Notes under the pieces: generated by a model
Database searches by the model: none
What the model was told of the DNA's origin: nothing
What the model saw: the letters and a program-made list of their open reading frames with translations, nothing else
Program-made: the position numbers and the translations under genes
Origin: Lama glama
Taxonomy: Eukaryota
Assembly (NCBI GenBank): GCA_028534125.1
Contig: CM052816.1
Location: 496,001-560,000, forward strand
Length of the DNA stretch: 64,000 nt
Direction of reading: 5' to 3'
Shown here: in pieces, positions 10,140 through 23,338 of the stretch
Numbering within the stretch: the first letter of the stretch is position 1
Layout of the letters: each line of letters starts with the position of its first letter

Positions 10140-11458
10140 ATGTAGAGAAAAGAGAACCCTCATACACAGTTGCTAGGAGTGTAAATGGTGTAGCCACTAT
10201 GGAAAACAGTTTGGAGGTTCCTTAAAAAACTAAAAATAGAACTACCATATAACCCAGCAATTCTACTTCTAGGTACATATATGGAAAAAATAAAAACACT
10301 AGTTTGAAAAAATACATGCACCCCAGTGTTTATAACAACATTTGCAATAGCCAAGACATGGAAGCAACCCAACTGCAAAACAAAAAGACAACCTATGGAA
10401 TGGGAGAAAATATTTGCAGATGATGTGACTGACAAAGGCTTAATTTCCAGAATATATAAACAGCTCATACAATTTAATAACCAAAAAACAAACAACCCAA
10501 TCCAAAAGTGAGAAGACCTAAACAAGCAATTCTCCAATGAAGACACACAAATGGCCAATAGGCACATGAAAAAATGCTCAATATCACTAATTATCAGAGA
10601 AATGCAAATCAAAACTACAATGAGGTATCACCTCTCACCAGTCAGAATGATTATCATCAAAAAGTCTGTAAGTGATAAAAACTGGAGAGGGTGTGGAGAA
10701 AAGGGAACCCTCTTACACTGTTGGTGGGAATGTAGTTTGGTGCAGCCATTATGGAAAACAGTGTGGAGATTCCTCAAAAAACTAAAAATAGACTTACTAT
10801 ATGATCCAGCAATCTCACTCTTGGGCATATATCTGGAGGGAACTCTAATTCAAAAAGATACATGCACCCCAGTTCATAGCATCACTATATACAATAGCCA
10901 AGACATGGAAACAACCTAAGTGTCCATCGACAGATGACTGGATAAAGAAGCTGCGGTATATTAATACAACTTATACTACTCAGTCATAAAAATTAATAAA
11001 ATAATGTCATTTGCTGCAACATGGATGGACCTGGAGATCGTCATTCTAAATGAAGCAGAGAAAGAGAAAGAAAAATACCATATGATATCACTTATAGGTG
11101 GAATCTAAAAAAAAAAAGAAAAAAGAGGACACTAATGAACTCATTGACAAAACAGAAACAGACTCGCAGACATAGTAAACAATCTTATGGTGACCAGGGG
11201 AAAGAGGGTAGGAAGAGATAAATTTGGGAGTTTGAGATTTGCAAATGTTAATCACTATATATAAAAATGAATTAGAAAAACAAATTTCTTCTGTATAGCA
11301 CAGGGAACTATATCCAATATCTTTAATAACCTTTAATGATAAAGAATATGAAAATGAATATAGGTATATATGTGCATAACTGGGACATTATGTTGTACAC
11401 CAGAAATTGACACATTGTAACTGACTATACTTCAATAAAAAAATTAAAAATTAAAATA
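10140..11458 (+). mobile_element. LINE-1 3' portions (two joined segments; ORF2 C-terminus, 3' UTR, A-tail)
   Basis: Remnants [12 protein letters not shown] and [10 protein letters not shown]...HCWWEC...[19 protein letters not shown] plus A-rich tail at about 11434-11458. Confidence 0.9.
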
Positions 11459-11544
11459 ACAGGGGCAACAAATAGAAAACAATGATAGATGTGACAGTTA
11501 TTAATCCAGTATATTAACAATCACTTTAAGCATTAATGGTCTAG

Positions 11545-14500
11545 ATTCTGGCTCCAGAGTGCAATGTAGCAAGATCCTAAATTCACCTCCTCTCACAAGA
11601 CATAGCAAATCTACATCTGTCTATGGAACAATTTCCTCTGATAAAAAGCTAAAAACTAGTGGAATGACTTCTTCATATCAGACAAATGAGAGGAAAGCCA
11701 CACTGAATCAGGTGGGAAAGTCTGAGACACTCTTGCCATGTACCCCACCCCCAGTGCAGTAACCCACAATGTGAAGACCTAAACTCAAAACTCAGAGCTA
11801 GTCTCTGAGGAGTGAAGGGTTCATCTTTCACCCCAACTTTTAAGACAGGCATCTGAGGGATGAGTCCCAGAAAAACATCTGATCTTGAAGGCCAGTGGGG
11901 CTCATGCCCACAAGACTTGGTGGGCTGTGGTGAACTGAAAAATGGCTTTTAAAGGACTTATGACAGACTCCTCCATCCCAGGGCACAGAGTAAAAGCAGT
12001 TCTTTGAAAAGTGCTCGTAGTTTGAATGAAAGACTCATTTGCTGATTTTAAAATGTTGGCCCTCTGTTTAGCGCTAGATCCCAGGGCAGCTGGCTGAGGA
12101 ACCCAAGGTTTCTTGCAGCTGGTGTTCTGCAAGTGTATTGGCTGTCCTTACAAGGCAGGCCAGGGGCCTCAGTGGTCCTGAGGTTTACGTAAGCCTGTTT
12201 GTGTTTGGGGTCAGGGCTTAGGGGATGGTGGGGCTGGTGCCTGCCCACATGTAAGTGAAGCTGAGTCCTGGGGCTAGTTCTGGCTTTCTGATGGGCAGAG
12301 CTGGGTCTTGGGTTCTCTGGCTGCAGGGCCCTGGGGATCCCAGAGCTGGTGTTGATCTACTGATGGTTGGTCCATGGTGTACTGAAGCTGGTGTTCACCC
12401 ACGGTTGGTGTGACCAGATCCCACACAGCTGACTGAGGCACCCAAATTGATTCAGAGCTGGTGTCAGCCTTCCAGTGAATCAGATGTGTCCTGCCGTGGC
12501 AGGCTGACTGGCTGTGGTGGTCCTGGGACTGCTGTCCATCCACTGGTGGGTGTGGCCAAGGCCCAGGGTGTCCTAGGACTGGTGCCTGCCCACTGGTGTG
12601 TGAGGCTGGTCCCAGAGCTAATGCTGGCCATTTGGTGCATGGGATTGAGACCCAGAAGATTCCAGGGTTAGAGCTGGCTCACTTGTCGGCATCACTGGGT
12701 CTCTGGATCTCTGACTGTAGGGTCCAGGTTGTCTCAGAGTTGGTGTGTCAGGCCACTGGTGGGCAGGGCTGGGGCCCAGGGACTCCTGGAGCTGGTGCTT
12801 GTCCACGGTGAGTGAGGCTAGTCCTAAGGCTAGAGCCAGCTCTCTGGTTAGTGGAGCTGGGGCCCATTTGTTCCTGGGGCTAGTGTTTGCCTATTTGTTG
12901 GTGGAACTGGGTCCAAAATCCTCTAGCAGGGCACTCAGAAACCAGGGGCTAGTGCCTGTACACTGTTGTGCATGGTTAGGTGAACAGGGCTGTGTCCCGG
13001 GTGGTCGTGGGATCGGGTGGTCATAAGGCAACCTGCCTGCTGGTGGGTGGGGCTGTGTCCCTGCTCTGCTAATTGCCTGGCCTGAGGTGTCCGAGTGCTG
13101 GTGCTGAAACTCTGGTGGGTGGGGCTGGGTTTCAGTGATAAGATAGATGAAGGATTCTAAAATGGCCCTTGCCAGCACCAGCGTCCATGTGGTGGGATGA
13201 GCTCCCCAAAATGGCGGCCTCTTGTCCCCCGACTATTGAATTCTGGTGCTCTAAGCCAGGTGTGAGTGGAGCTTCTGCCCTTCTGCTGGACCACAGGTGG
13301 CCATGGCCTGGGGTTGACTAATGACCTCTTAACCTGGACCCTTGTCTTGCTGCCTGCAAGGGGCTTGGTTCTCACCACTCACTCTATTGACCTCTGTTTT
13401 CAGAAGTGTGTTTAAGTCATTCAATGCTAAGTAAGAATCATTGTCTTCACCTCTGTAAGTGTTTGTTCAGGAAAGAAAAACACATTCTCAGCAGTTAAAG
13501 GTTCTCCACCATCCAGCCAGAGCAAAACACTATCTCCCTAGCCCTGGCCTGTAGGATGTGCATGTTCCGTTGCATTTCCAGATCCTCTCATGTGGTAATC
13601 GTTTTAGGATAATGGAGAGCATCTCTGAAAATTTTCCTTTGTTTTACCTCTCATAATTTTCTAAAATAAAGCATTTATTAGTGTCTGGCTATAAGAATGT
13701 AAAATGAGTCTGTACCAATGTAAATAAATAAGATAATCAACTGCAAAAAGTTTTTAAAACCTTAAAAAAAGAAGAAGAAAAAGAAACACTTCTTAACTGG
13801 CTAGTACCACAGGGCTCGATGCAGAGTGATCAGAAAGGAAATTTTATCTTGCAGTCTTTCCCTGAAAGAGGTGTATTTTTTGCATGCTTTTGAAGCTCCA
13901 GCCCGAGGGTCTGGATTCCAATTACTAGGAGTCTAGGTGCTGACTGAGTTCCTCCTCCCTGGGGCACTGACGGGCCTTGGCACAGCCTCGGTTACTGGGA
14001 GCCACTGAGAATAAAGAAATCTGCTTGGACAATCACAAAGGTCTGAGAAACAACCAAGAATGAAAGGTTAAAATGATAAGATTCATCTCATACATGAAGC
14101 CACTCCTTTAAGACTGGAAGAGGTGGTTCTTTCTCCTAATGCACAGAAATCAACACAGAGAGTCAAGGAAAATGAAGAAACAGAGGAATATATTCTAAAC
14201 CAAAGAATAAGATAGAACTTCAGAGAAAGAACTTAATAAAATGGAGATAAGTGGTTTAGTTGGTAAAGAGTTCAAAATAATGGTCATAGAGAGTCTCACT
14301 GAGGTCAGCAGAACACTGCATGAAGAAGGAGAGAATTTCAACAAAGACGTAAAAAATAATGAGAAAGTACCCAACAGAAGTCACAGAGAGGACACATACA
14401 ATAATAGAACTGAAAAACACAGCAAAGGGGTTCCACAACAAAATAGTCAAAGTGGAAGAAAGGATCCGTGAACTTGAAAACCATTCAGAGGAGCTCATCC

Positions 14501-15362
14501 AATCAGAGCAGAAGAAAGGAAAAAAATGAAAAGTAGCAAAGACAGCTTAAAGAACTTATAGCACAATATCCTGTGGACAAAGTTTTGCATTTTAGTGCTT
14601 TCAGAAGGAGAAGAGATAAAGGGACAGAGAACTTATCTGAAAAAAAAAATAATGGCATAAAACTTCCCTAACCTGGGGAAGGAAACACATCCAGATCCAG
14701 GAATCCCAGAGAGTTTTCTAAATAAGATGAAGGGCTGAAAGTTTCTCCAAGATCAGGAACAATACAAGGATGCCCATCCTTGCCATTTTTATTCAACATA
14801 ATATTGGAAATCCTACTCAGAGCAATTAGGTAAGAAGATGATACAGCAGACAACCAAATCAGCAAGGGAAAAGTCAAACTGTCACTATTTGCAAAAGACA
14901 TAATACTATATAGGGAAAACTCTAAAGGCGCTACCAAAAAGCTATTAAACTAATCAACCAATTCAGTAATGTTGCAAAGTACAAAATCAAGTGCTTAGAA
15001 CAGATAGGTGGTTACCAGAGGCAGCAGCCGAGGGATGGGCAAAATGGGTGAAGGTGGTCAAGAGGTACACACTTCCAGTTACCAGACAAATAAGTCATTG
15101 GCATGCAATGGACAGCAGGATGATGAGAGCTAACAGTACTGTAACATATATTTGAAAGTTGCTAAGAGAGTAAATCTTTAAAGTTCTCATCACAAGAAAA
15201 AAATCCCATGTGTGGTAATAAATAATAACTAGGCATATGGTGGTGATCATTTCATAATATGTACATATAAGAAATCATTACCTTATACACCTGGAAATAA
15301 TATAACGTTACATGTTAGTTATACCTCAATTTAAAATGCTTAAAAAGAAAATAAAAAAAGAA
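11545..15362 (+). mobile_element. Old LINE-1 (5' UTR, ORF1, ORF2 pieces, 3' UTR), interrupted at ~12062-13785 and internally deleted at ~14990
   Basis: ORF1-like KEFKIMVIESLTEV at 14241; RT-region ttattcaacataatattggaaatccta at about 14790; L1MA-type 3' UTR (gaaagttgctaagagagtaaatctt) and an A-tail at about 15340. Confidence 0.75.
12062..13230 (-). mobile_element. GC-rich LINE-1 5' UTR monomer array, antisense orientation
   Basis: Repeated ggggctggtgcctgcccac / ctggtgggt / gtctctggctgcagggccctggggatcccagagctgg units; YY1-like CAAAATGGCGGC at 13207-13218. Confidence 0.6.
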
Positions 15363-16548
15363 AATTCTTGGCACGTTACTGTGTCCTGGTAGAGATGGGA
15401 CACATGACTGTGGGGCGCCAAGTGACATTGTATCTGGAACTGCCCATTAAAACTGGGTTCTGTCAGACCCACCAAGTCAAACAGGTCTAGCCGCAGTTGG
15501 AAGATGGAAATGGTGATCGGGGATCAGGCCACACAGGACCAGAGGGTCCAGCCTGCAGGCACAGGTAGGCCAGGGAAAGGAGGAGAATGAAGCTGTTTTT
15601 CTTCCCGCACTCCATCAATTCCACTGGCTTAATATCTAATCTTGAGTAAGTAAAGTCATATATGTCTATAGCCATAAGAGGCAAGAAAATGTATTAAAGT
15701 TCTTCAGTTGAGACGATTTTTATAGCTAAAATGAACAGGGAGTTTTCACTGTCTAAGGGCAAGCAAACCAGCTGTGGAGACTTCCTGAGGTTTCATCCCA
15801 GGGCAGGAGAGAAATGTAGGGGAGAGAAGAGGGGTAAGAGTTGCATCATGTAGTTTTCTGACTGAATCCACCAAACCCACATGGTTCAGTAGACTAGTGA
15901 TGTAGGTCTTATCTTCCCTTCTAAGTTAGAGTATGGGATTTGTATATATTTAATTATGGTGCCTGTAATAAGTAATTATAGGTGCCAAGTACACAATAAA
16001 ATGATACTTGTCCTGAAGAGTGTGAGCTTATAACATCTAACAAATATTTAAATAAGTTTTACCTCATCATCTGGTAGTTTAATATGCCCCTTTCCTTAAT
16101 ATCTCACATTACAAAAGGTACAAAATTTATTTAAATGTTAGACTTTGGAATTCACTTATCCCTGGTTCACTTTAAATAATTTTTATTTATTGGATTTCAA
16201 ATAATCTTTCTACTTTTAATACTAAGCCAACGCAAAGAAGCTGAATTCATTTTGAGATCCAGACATGGATTCTTATTTTATTTATAGACAATTTCTAATA
16301 ACCTCAGAGATTTCAGACTAAATTTAATTAAAAATGTAAAATAATTTTATTAATTTTGCTGACTTAATAATGCCCCAATGAAAAGTAAAGGAATCTCCAT
16401 CAGATGCTTAGAAAATCACATATTTACATAGACCTGCAATCTTCTTGGCTTTCTGAAAATACACAACACCATTCTGGTATTTAAATTTTGACCGGTAGCT
16501 TTGCCCGTGGTCACAAGCATGTTCTTTTCACAGCTGGGAAGTCCCGCT
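12170..16548 (+). repeat. Segmental duplication copy A (paralogue 23336-32426)
   Basis: Colinear similarity 12170-14940 to 23336-25920 and 14995-16548 to 30910-32426, including non-repetitive sequence. Confidence 0.9.
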
Positions 16549-17048
16549 NNNNNNNNNNNNNNNNNNNNNNNNNNNNNNNNNNNNNNNNNNNNNNNNNNNN
16601 NNNNNNNNNNNNNNNNNNNNNNNNNNNNNNNNNNNNNNNNNNNNNNNNNNNNNNNNNNNNNNNNNNNNNNNNNNNNNNNNNNNNNNNNNNNNNNNNNNNN
16701 NNNNNNNNNNNNNNNNNNNNNNNNNNNNNNNNNNNNNNNNNNNNNNNNNNNNNNNNNNNNNNNNNNNNNNNNNNNNNNNNNNNNNNNNNNNNNNNNNNNN
16801 NNNNNNNNNNNNNNNNNNNNNNNNNNNNNNNNNNNNNNNNNNNNNNNNNNNNNNNNNNNNNNNNNNNNNNNNNNNNNNNNNNNNNNNNNNNNNNNNNNNN
16901 NNNNNNNNNNNNNNNNNNNNNNNNNNNNNNNNNNNNNNNNNNNNNNNNNNNNNNNNNNNNNNNNNNNNNNNNNNNNNNNNNNNNNNNNNNNNNNNNNNNN
17001 NNNNNNNNNNNNNNNNNNNNNNNNNNNNNNNNNNNNNNNNNNNNNNNN
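16549..17048. other. Assembly gap (500 N)
   Basis: Run of exactly 500 N. Confidence 1.
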
Positions 17049-17059
17049 ATATGTTTTAA

Positions 17060-17520
17060 AGCACAACCTACAGGTTTGCTGATGGGTTTTATATGAAGTA
17101 ATAGGGAAAGAGAAAAGTTAAAGCAGACTCCGAAGTTTTTACCCAAAAGATCTAAATGACTGAATTCCTATTTAACACCATAGGAAGGCTACACTAGGGG
17201 CAGGTTTGTGGAGGAGATCCAGAACTCAATTTAGAACATTTTAGCTTTGAAATACTTATTATTCATTTAAGTAAATGTAGGATAGGCCATTGGATATAAG
17301 AGTTTGGAGTTCTGGAGGATCGTCCAGACTGTGTGAATAAATTTGAGAGTCATATCCTACAGATGAATAATTTTGATGAATGTTTTGAGAGCACCACCAT
17401 ATAGGTGGCATGTTAAAGTATGAACTTTGATGAGATAAAGGAATTTAGTGTAAACAGTGAAGCAAAGTGATCCAAGAACAGATCTCTGGAACATTCCAAA
17501 GTTTAGCTACCAAGGTATTA
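17060..17520 (-). mobile_element. Old LINE-2 fragment
   Basis: ggggcaggtttgtggaggaga...tttagaacattttagctttgaaatac...ttggatataagagtttggagttctggagga is typical of antisense L2. Confidence 0.55.
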
Positions 17521-17753
17521 AGGATGAGTGTGGTAGTGTGGCTAAACACCATTTGGAATTCTAGATATTAATGAAGGATGCTTTATGATTACTACCAATG
17601 TAGATTCAGTGATCACCTATATGAGCAGTAATCTGGAGAGAACAATGGTTAACAAAATAAAATACCTTCTTAGGTCAGATAATAAATTCTTAAAGTAATA
17701 CAATTATGTATGTAGAATTATTAAGTGTTACTAGAGAGGAAATGTGAAATACT

Positions 17754-17756
<3 letters not shown>

Positions 17757-17794
<38 letters not shown>
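17757..17794. repeat. (TA)n microsatellite
   Basis: Uninterrupted TA run. Confidence 0.95.
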
Positions 17795-17798
<4 letters not shown>

Positions 17799-17986
17799 TT
17801 TTTATGTCCAGATTTGAGATGGGGTAAGGATGAGTGCAGGTGGCATGAAAAAATATGATCAAGGGTAAAATAGTGATATTGACCCATAGACTAAGATTTC
17901 CCATCTCATGCTCTGACTGGTTTTCAACTCCTCTTATTACCAAAAGAATCTTATAAAACATAAACATAAGAGAAGGAAATGAAAGT

Positions 17987-18829
17987 TTAAAATATATATA
18001 TATATATATATATATGTATGAAAGTCAGTTTACAATGCTGTGTCAGTTTCTGGTATACAGCATAATACTTCAGTCATATAAGAACATATATTCATTTTCA
18101 TATTCTCTTTCACCATAAGTTACTACAAGATATTGAATATAGTTCCCTGTGCTATACAGTATAAACTAGTTGTTTATTTTTTATATTATTTAATATCTGC
18201 AGATATCAAAGTCCCAATTTACCCCTTCCCACCACCTTCCCCTCACTGAAAACCATAAGTTTGTTTTCTATGTCTGTGGGTCTGTTTCTGTTTTGTAAAT
18301 AAGTTCATTTGTCTTTTTTTTTAGATTCCACATATAAGTGATTTCATATGGTATTTTTCTTTCTCCTTATGGCTTACTTCACTTAGAATGACAATCTCCA
18401 GGTCCATCCATGTTGCTGCAAATGCCATTATTTTATTATTTTTCATAGCTGAGTAGTATTCCATTGTGTAAATATACCATTTCTTTATCCAGTCATCTGT
18501 CAGTGGACACTTAGGTTGTTTCCATGTCTTGGCTATTGTAAATATTGCTGCTATGAACACTGGGGTGCATGTATGTTTTTGAAGTAAGGTCTCCCTCTGG
18601 ATATATGCCCAGGAGTGGGATTGCTGGATCATAAGATAAGTGTATTTTTAGTCTTTTGAGGAATCTCCATACTGTTTTCCATAATGGCTGCACCAAACTG
18701 CATTCCCACCTGCAGTGTAGGAGCGTTCCCTTTTCTCCACAGCCTCTCCAGCATTTATTGTTTGTGGACTTTTAAATGATGGCCATTCTGACTGGTGTGA
18801 GGTGATATCTCACTGTAGTTTTGATTTGC
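17987..18829 (-). mobile_element. 5'-truncated LINE-1
   Basis: Minus-strand ORF2 C-terminal remnants ([22 protein letters not shown]) and 3' UTR. Degenerate TSD gaaatgaa on both flanks. Confidence 0.9.
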
Positions 18830-20999
18830 AAGAAATGAATCTTTCACAACAGATAGCATTTCTCTTGGACTGGATTTCAATATGAGAGGTAATCAGCTTC
18901 CCTATGTACAGCATTCTCCTGAGCTGTATGTACCACTGCTATTTCTGGAAACACCATCTTCATCTCATCAATTCAGCTGGACCACTGACTCCACACCCCA
19001 CGTGTCTGCTCTTCTGCCAGCTACCCGTCTTAGACTTAATTCCCGTCTTCTCCACCACCTGCAGAATGGTCTGAGAGGAGAAACATCTTCTGGCTTGAGA
19101 GGAGAAACAGCTCACAAGTTTCCTGTCGAATCCAGATTCTCTTTTACGTGACTATCACTTTTTCTGAATGTGCCCGCCTGACTCTGATTTTCTTTGTGGG
19201 AGATCACAGTCAGATACTTCCACTAAGCTATATTAACTCTTGAAATATTAAAAACTGTAGTCACTGAGCCCAGAATGGGTTACTCCAGCCTTGGAGACAG
19301 GCTGTGTACTGTCAGCACTGTGAAACTAATCACCACTGGGTGTTATTTTTCATGGGAAACATGGAGTCGTGATGCTGCAGTGTCTGAAGCCCCAAGAAAA
19401 ATTACAGACAGTTCAGATGACATCATGAACTGCAAAGAGCCAATGTGAGTGTGCATGCTTAACTTGGTCTAATGAAAACTCACTAGTGATGCCCACAGAG
19501 TTAAAATGTACAACGTGTCTTTCTGATTTATCGTGTCATTTTATCTCAGGCACATATTGAGGCAGACAAGAAATTGTTGCAGCCCTCTTTCTATTTAGAA
19601 AAGGAAAAAGTAACTCTTAAAGTCTGTGGCGTGTTCAGGGATTGACACAATATTCTCATGGGAACCCCACACTCTGCTAACTCATTTATGAAGGTCTTAT
19701 GTCTTACAGAGATATTTGGTTGGAATAATTTATAATATTGAAATTGTGTTATGTAACGTAGAAATTTGTTGCGCTTGCATTATCATTTAAAAAAAAACCT
19801 ATACAGGTCTTCATATTATAATCATTTGTGAGATCTTTCTTTCATCCTTGAATTCATTATTTGAATTCAAACTTCTTCTAAATGCAAGAAGGGGTTATAG
19901 AAGATTGAGCTTGCTTTGACCTCATTATGAAAAGTATTAGATGGGGGCTTCGTAGTCATTATCACTAAGAAAACAGCAATGCAATGTGCTTTGAATTTGG
20001 AGTATTTGGAGAAGAATCCAGTGTTGGCAGTGAGACTGGTTTTAAGCATCAGTGAGCAGTTATGATGGTGTGATCAGCCTCCATGAAAGGAGGCTGCTGA
20101 ATGGAGACTAGAAGCCAGCCTCTCACCTCTCTGCTGAGCAGGTAGCCCAGCCTCGTGAGGCCTCACTTGCCTAAAGAGCAAGAATCAATACTGTCAGACA
20201 TCCCACGAAGCCCGCAGCACCAGCAGTCACCTCCTGTGGAGGTGCTGTGTTTGGACACATTTGCATCTACCCGTGTCTGTATCCTCACACTCCCCTGGAG
20301 AGGCTTGATGAAATGCAATTCCATGGCGAAGTGGAAAGTCAGGAAAAATAATTTAACTGTAACTTCAGAAAAACACTTCATGGCATTCATTTCAGTGTGC
20401 CTTATCATAGGAGTGAGCATTAGGGAGACATTAGAGTCTAGCAAAAATAAATAACAATATTATAAATGTATTAAATTATATTTCAACAAAATGTGTAAAT
20501 TTTTAGCTCCCATTTCAAAATGGCCCGTGGTATTTTAATAATTGCATGTGAAGAGGCAGATTAGAGAAGTCTAATTTTGTCATACAGTTACATACATATA
20601 GATGCACACAGATACACACAAAAATGATGCAACTGCAATGAGGGGAACAGTGCTAAACTTAGTATTTTTTATTGCAGTCAAATATATGTAACATAAAACC
20701 ATTTTACCAATTTTAAAGTGTATACATCAGTGTCAGGTTTTACATTCACAGTGTTGTGCAACCATCCCTGCTACCCAGCTCCAGAAGCTTTTAGATTACC
20801 TTTTCCTTGGTGTTTTCCAGTATATACAAAATATTGTGTTTTTACAAGATTATAAATAAAAATGAGAAATGTGTTGTAAGTTTTATGGGATACTGCACAT
20901 AGGAATAAAAATAAAAAGACAACTAGCTATTACATTAAAATGTGCAGTAAATACAGTGAATTCTAGGTAAGCTAGTCGCCCGTCCTGGTTTCTTTCTTA

Positions 21000-21173
21000 A
21001 ATTTTATTTTATTGAGTTATAGTCAGTTAACAATGTTGTGTCAATTTCCAGCCTAGAGCACAATTTTTCAGTTATACATGAACATACATATATTCATTGC
21101 CACATTCTTTTTCACCGTGAGCTACCACAAGATCTTGTATGTACTTCCCTGTGCCACACAGTGTAATCTTGTT
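21000..21173 (-). mobile_element. LINE-1 3' tail fragment
   Basis: ttttattgagttatagtcagtt...cacaagatcttgtat; same family as 36073 and 52380. Confidence 0.8.
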
Positions 21174-21598
21174 CTCTAATTTGAAAGTCTCCCTCTTTCT
21201 CATGCATCTCTAGGATGCCAAGATAAAGGTTTTACTTCTGTCCGTGTTCATAAATGCGAGCCAAGTTCCTGCAGGGCCAACTTAGCCACTTGTATGTGTA
21301 AATGTTCTCCACATTTTTGCATATATTTGACTCATGTCGCTTTGAGAGCCCTACCTGCACAGGCAGAGGTGGAGGCATCAGTCAGGGATCTTCTGGCGAT
21401 ACATTTTAGGCCAGTGACTGTCTTAAAGAAGAGCTACCAGGTATCTCGCAGCCAAGCAGGCAGGGAAAGCCTGGAACATGGGAGGCAGATTATTGATTAG
21501 TATGACTAATAATACATTTGAGATAGAGGATGCATTTCTGATCACAAGTGAAGGATGCAGCCCATCTATTTACATTTTAAGTAAAAAATACAGACATA

Positions 21599-21842
21599 CA
21601 GACTGGGATTTCAAAATTGTAGAAAATATAAACAAGATTATACTGTAGAGCACAGGGAAATAAATACAAGATCTTGTTGTAGCTCACAGAGAAAAAAATG
21701 TGACAATGAATATATATATATATATGTTCACGTATAACTGAAAAATTGTGCTCTACACTGGAATTTGACAGAACATTGTAAAAATCATAAATTTTATATT
21801 GATTTATAAATCAATAAAAAACGTTAAAAAAAGACAACAGAA
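21599..21842 (+). mobile_element. LINE-1 3' tail with 16-bp TSD
   Basis: TSD AAAAAATACAGACATA at 21583-21598 and 21843-21858; AATAAA and A-tail inside. Confidence 0.88.
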
Positions 21843-22570
21843 AAAAAATACAGACATAAACCTGCATACTTTTTCACATATATTTATCTATGTATAATGT
21901 GATTTAGGCTTTCTCTAGATGGTAGCAAACAAAACAAAAGGAAACAAAAACACCCTACATTTAGTGGCTTAATCTATGTCAACAAAATTTAATTCATGCT
22001 CAAGAAACAGCCTAATGTGGGGCTTTGCCTTGCCAGTGAGTTGTCCTCTACATGTTGAGTTAGGTACCCACACACTTTCCCAAATCTTCTTATCCTGAGA
22101 GAGTAAAACTTCCCCTCACACTGCTTTCTGTAGGGCTAAATAAATGACCACATTCAAAGGAGACTGAAGAATGCAGTATGTGTCTTTGTGTCTAACGAAA
22201 AAAGGAAGTGGGTTAGTGAAAAAAAATTCAATCTGTTTCAAAGTATAGTCAGGAATGAATTTAGAATAATTGTTTGAGTGCCTGAGATGTGTCAGTAATA
22301 CTTATAATAAATCAAGAATAATAACTAGTTTATAGTAGTGGCTTTTAACACTTGCATGTTCTTTACAGTTTCCATTCTGTAATAAGATGCAATACATCTG
22401 GTACAGTTTAGTTTGCATCACTAGCTTTGAGAACAATTCAATGATACACTGAAATGACGGTTTAATACAGAGGTTCTGAAGCTTATATAAACAAAAATAT
22501 TTAATACATCATGTTATAATTCATTATTTTTAATGTATTACTCTTCAGGTAAAACAGTTGAATTGGATTC

Positions 22571-23338
22571 AGGAAGGGAAGGAGTGAGAAAACAGGAATG
22601 GACTTTAGTCACCTGGGATGCTTTCCTGACATGAAGCAGTCTGACGTCACGATCTCCCCTGGATTATGTCGTTGCCTTCATGGGAAACTCTACCCCGATT
22701 TTCCTTATCCTGGTGGATTCCCAGCTCTCCAGGTCCATGTACTTCCTTCTTAGCCAGCTGTCCCTCATCGACTTGCTCTTTATCTTCACTGCTGTCCCCA
22801 AGATGGCCACTGCCTTTTTCTCAGGGCTTAAGAACATCTCAGACATAGCCTGTGGGACCCAGATCTTTTCCTACCTCATGCTGGGGGAAGCAGAGTGCAT
22901 CCTCCTAACTCTCAAGGCTTGTGATCCCTACCTGGCCATCTCTCAGCCTCTGAGATACCCAGCCATCATGAACAAGATGGTGATTAGGGGGTCCTGGGTT
23001 GGGGGTGCCCTGTATTCTATTGGCCAGACTGTACACACCATGCATTTACCTGCATGTAGTGACAAGAAGATAGGACATTTCTTCTGTGACTTACGGCCGG
23101 TTTGAGGTTCTCCTGTGAAGATACCTCTCCATGTAGGTCTGCACCAGTTGTGTCAGACATGGTGCTGTTCCTTACTCGCTTTGTCATCACCCTGACCTCC
23201 TACACCACCGTCTTCCTCACTGTCCTCTGCATGAATTCCCGCAAGGGGAGGAACACAGCACTGGCCACCTGCTCCCCCCACCTGATAGTAGTGAACCTTT
23301 TTTATGGCCCAGTCATCTTCACCTGCATGACTCCAGGT
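22571..23338 (+). pseudogene. Olfactory receptor pseudogene (OR2-like, same subfamily as the two intact genes)
   Basis: Remnants DFSHLGCFP, MYFLLSQLSLIDL, VPKM, ECILLTLKACDPYLAI, HFFCD, GRNTALATCSPH and FYGP...MTPG. AGG at the expected start position; frameshifts at about 22660 and 23100; DRY changed to DPY; TM7 missing. Confidence 0.92.

Noticed and set aside
16416..17146. ORFs of about 200 aa spanning N-runs (also 32294-33130 and 52712-53398)
   Set aside because: Artefacts of translating assembly gaps.
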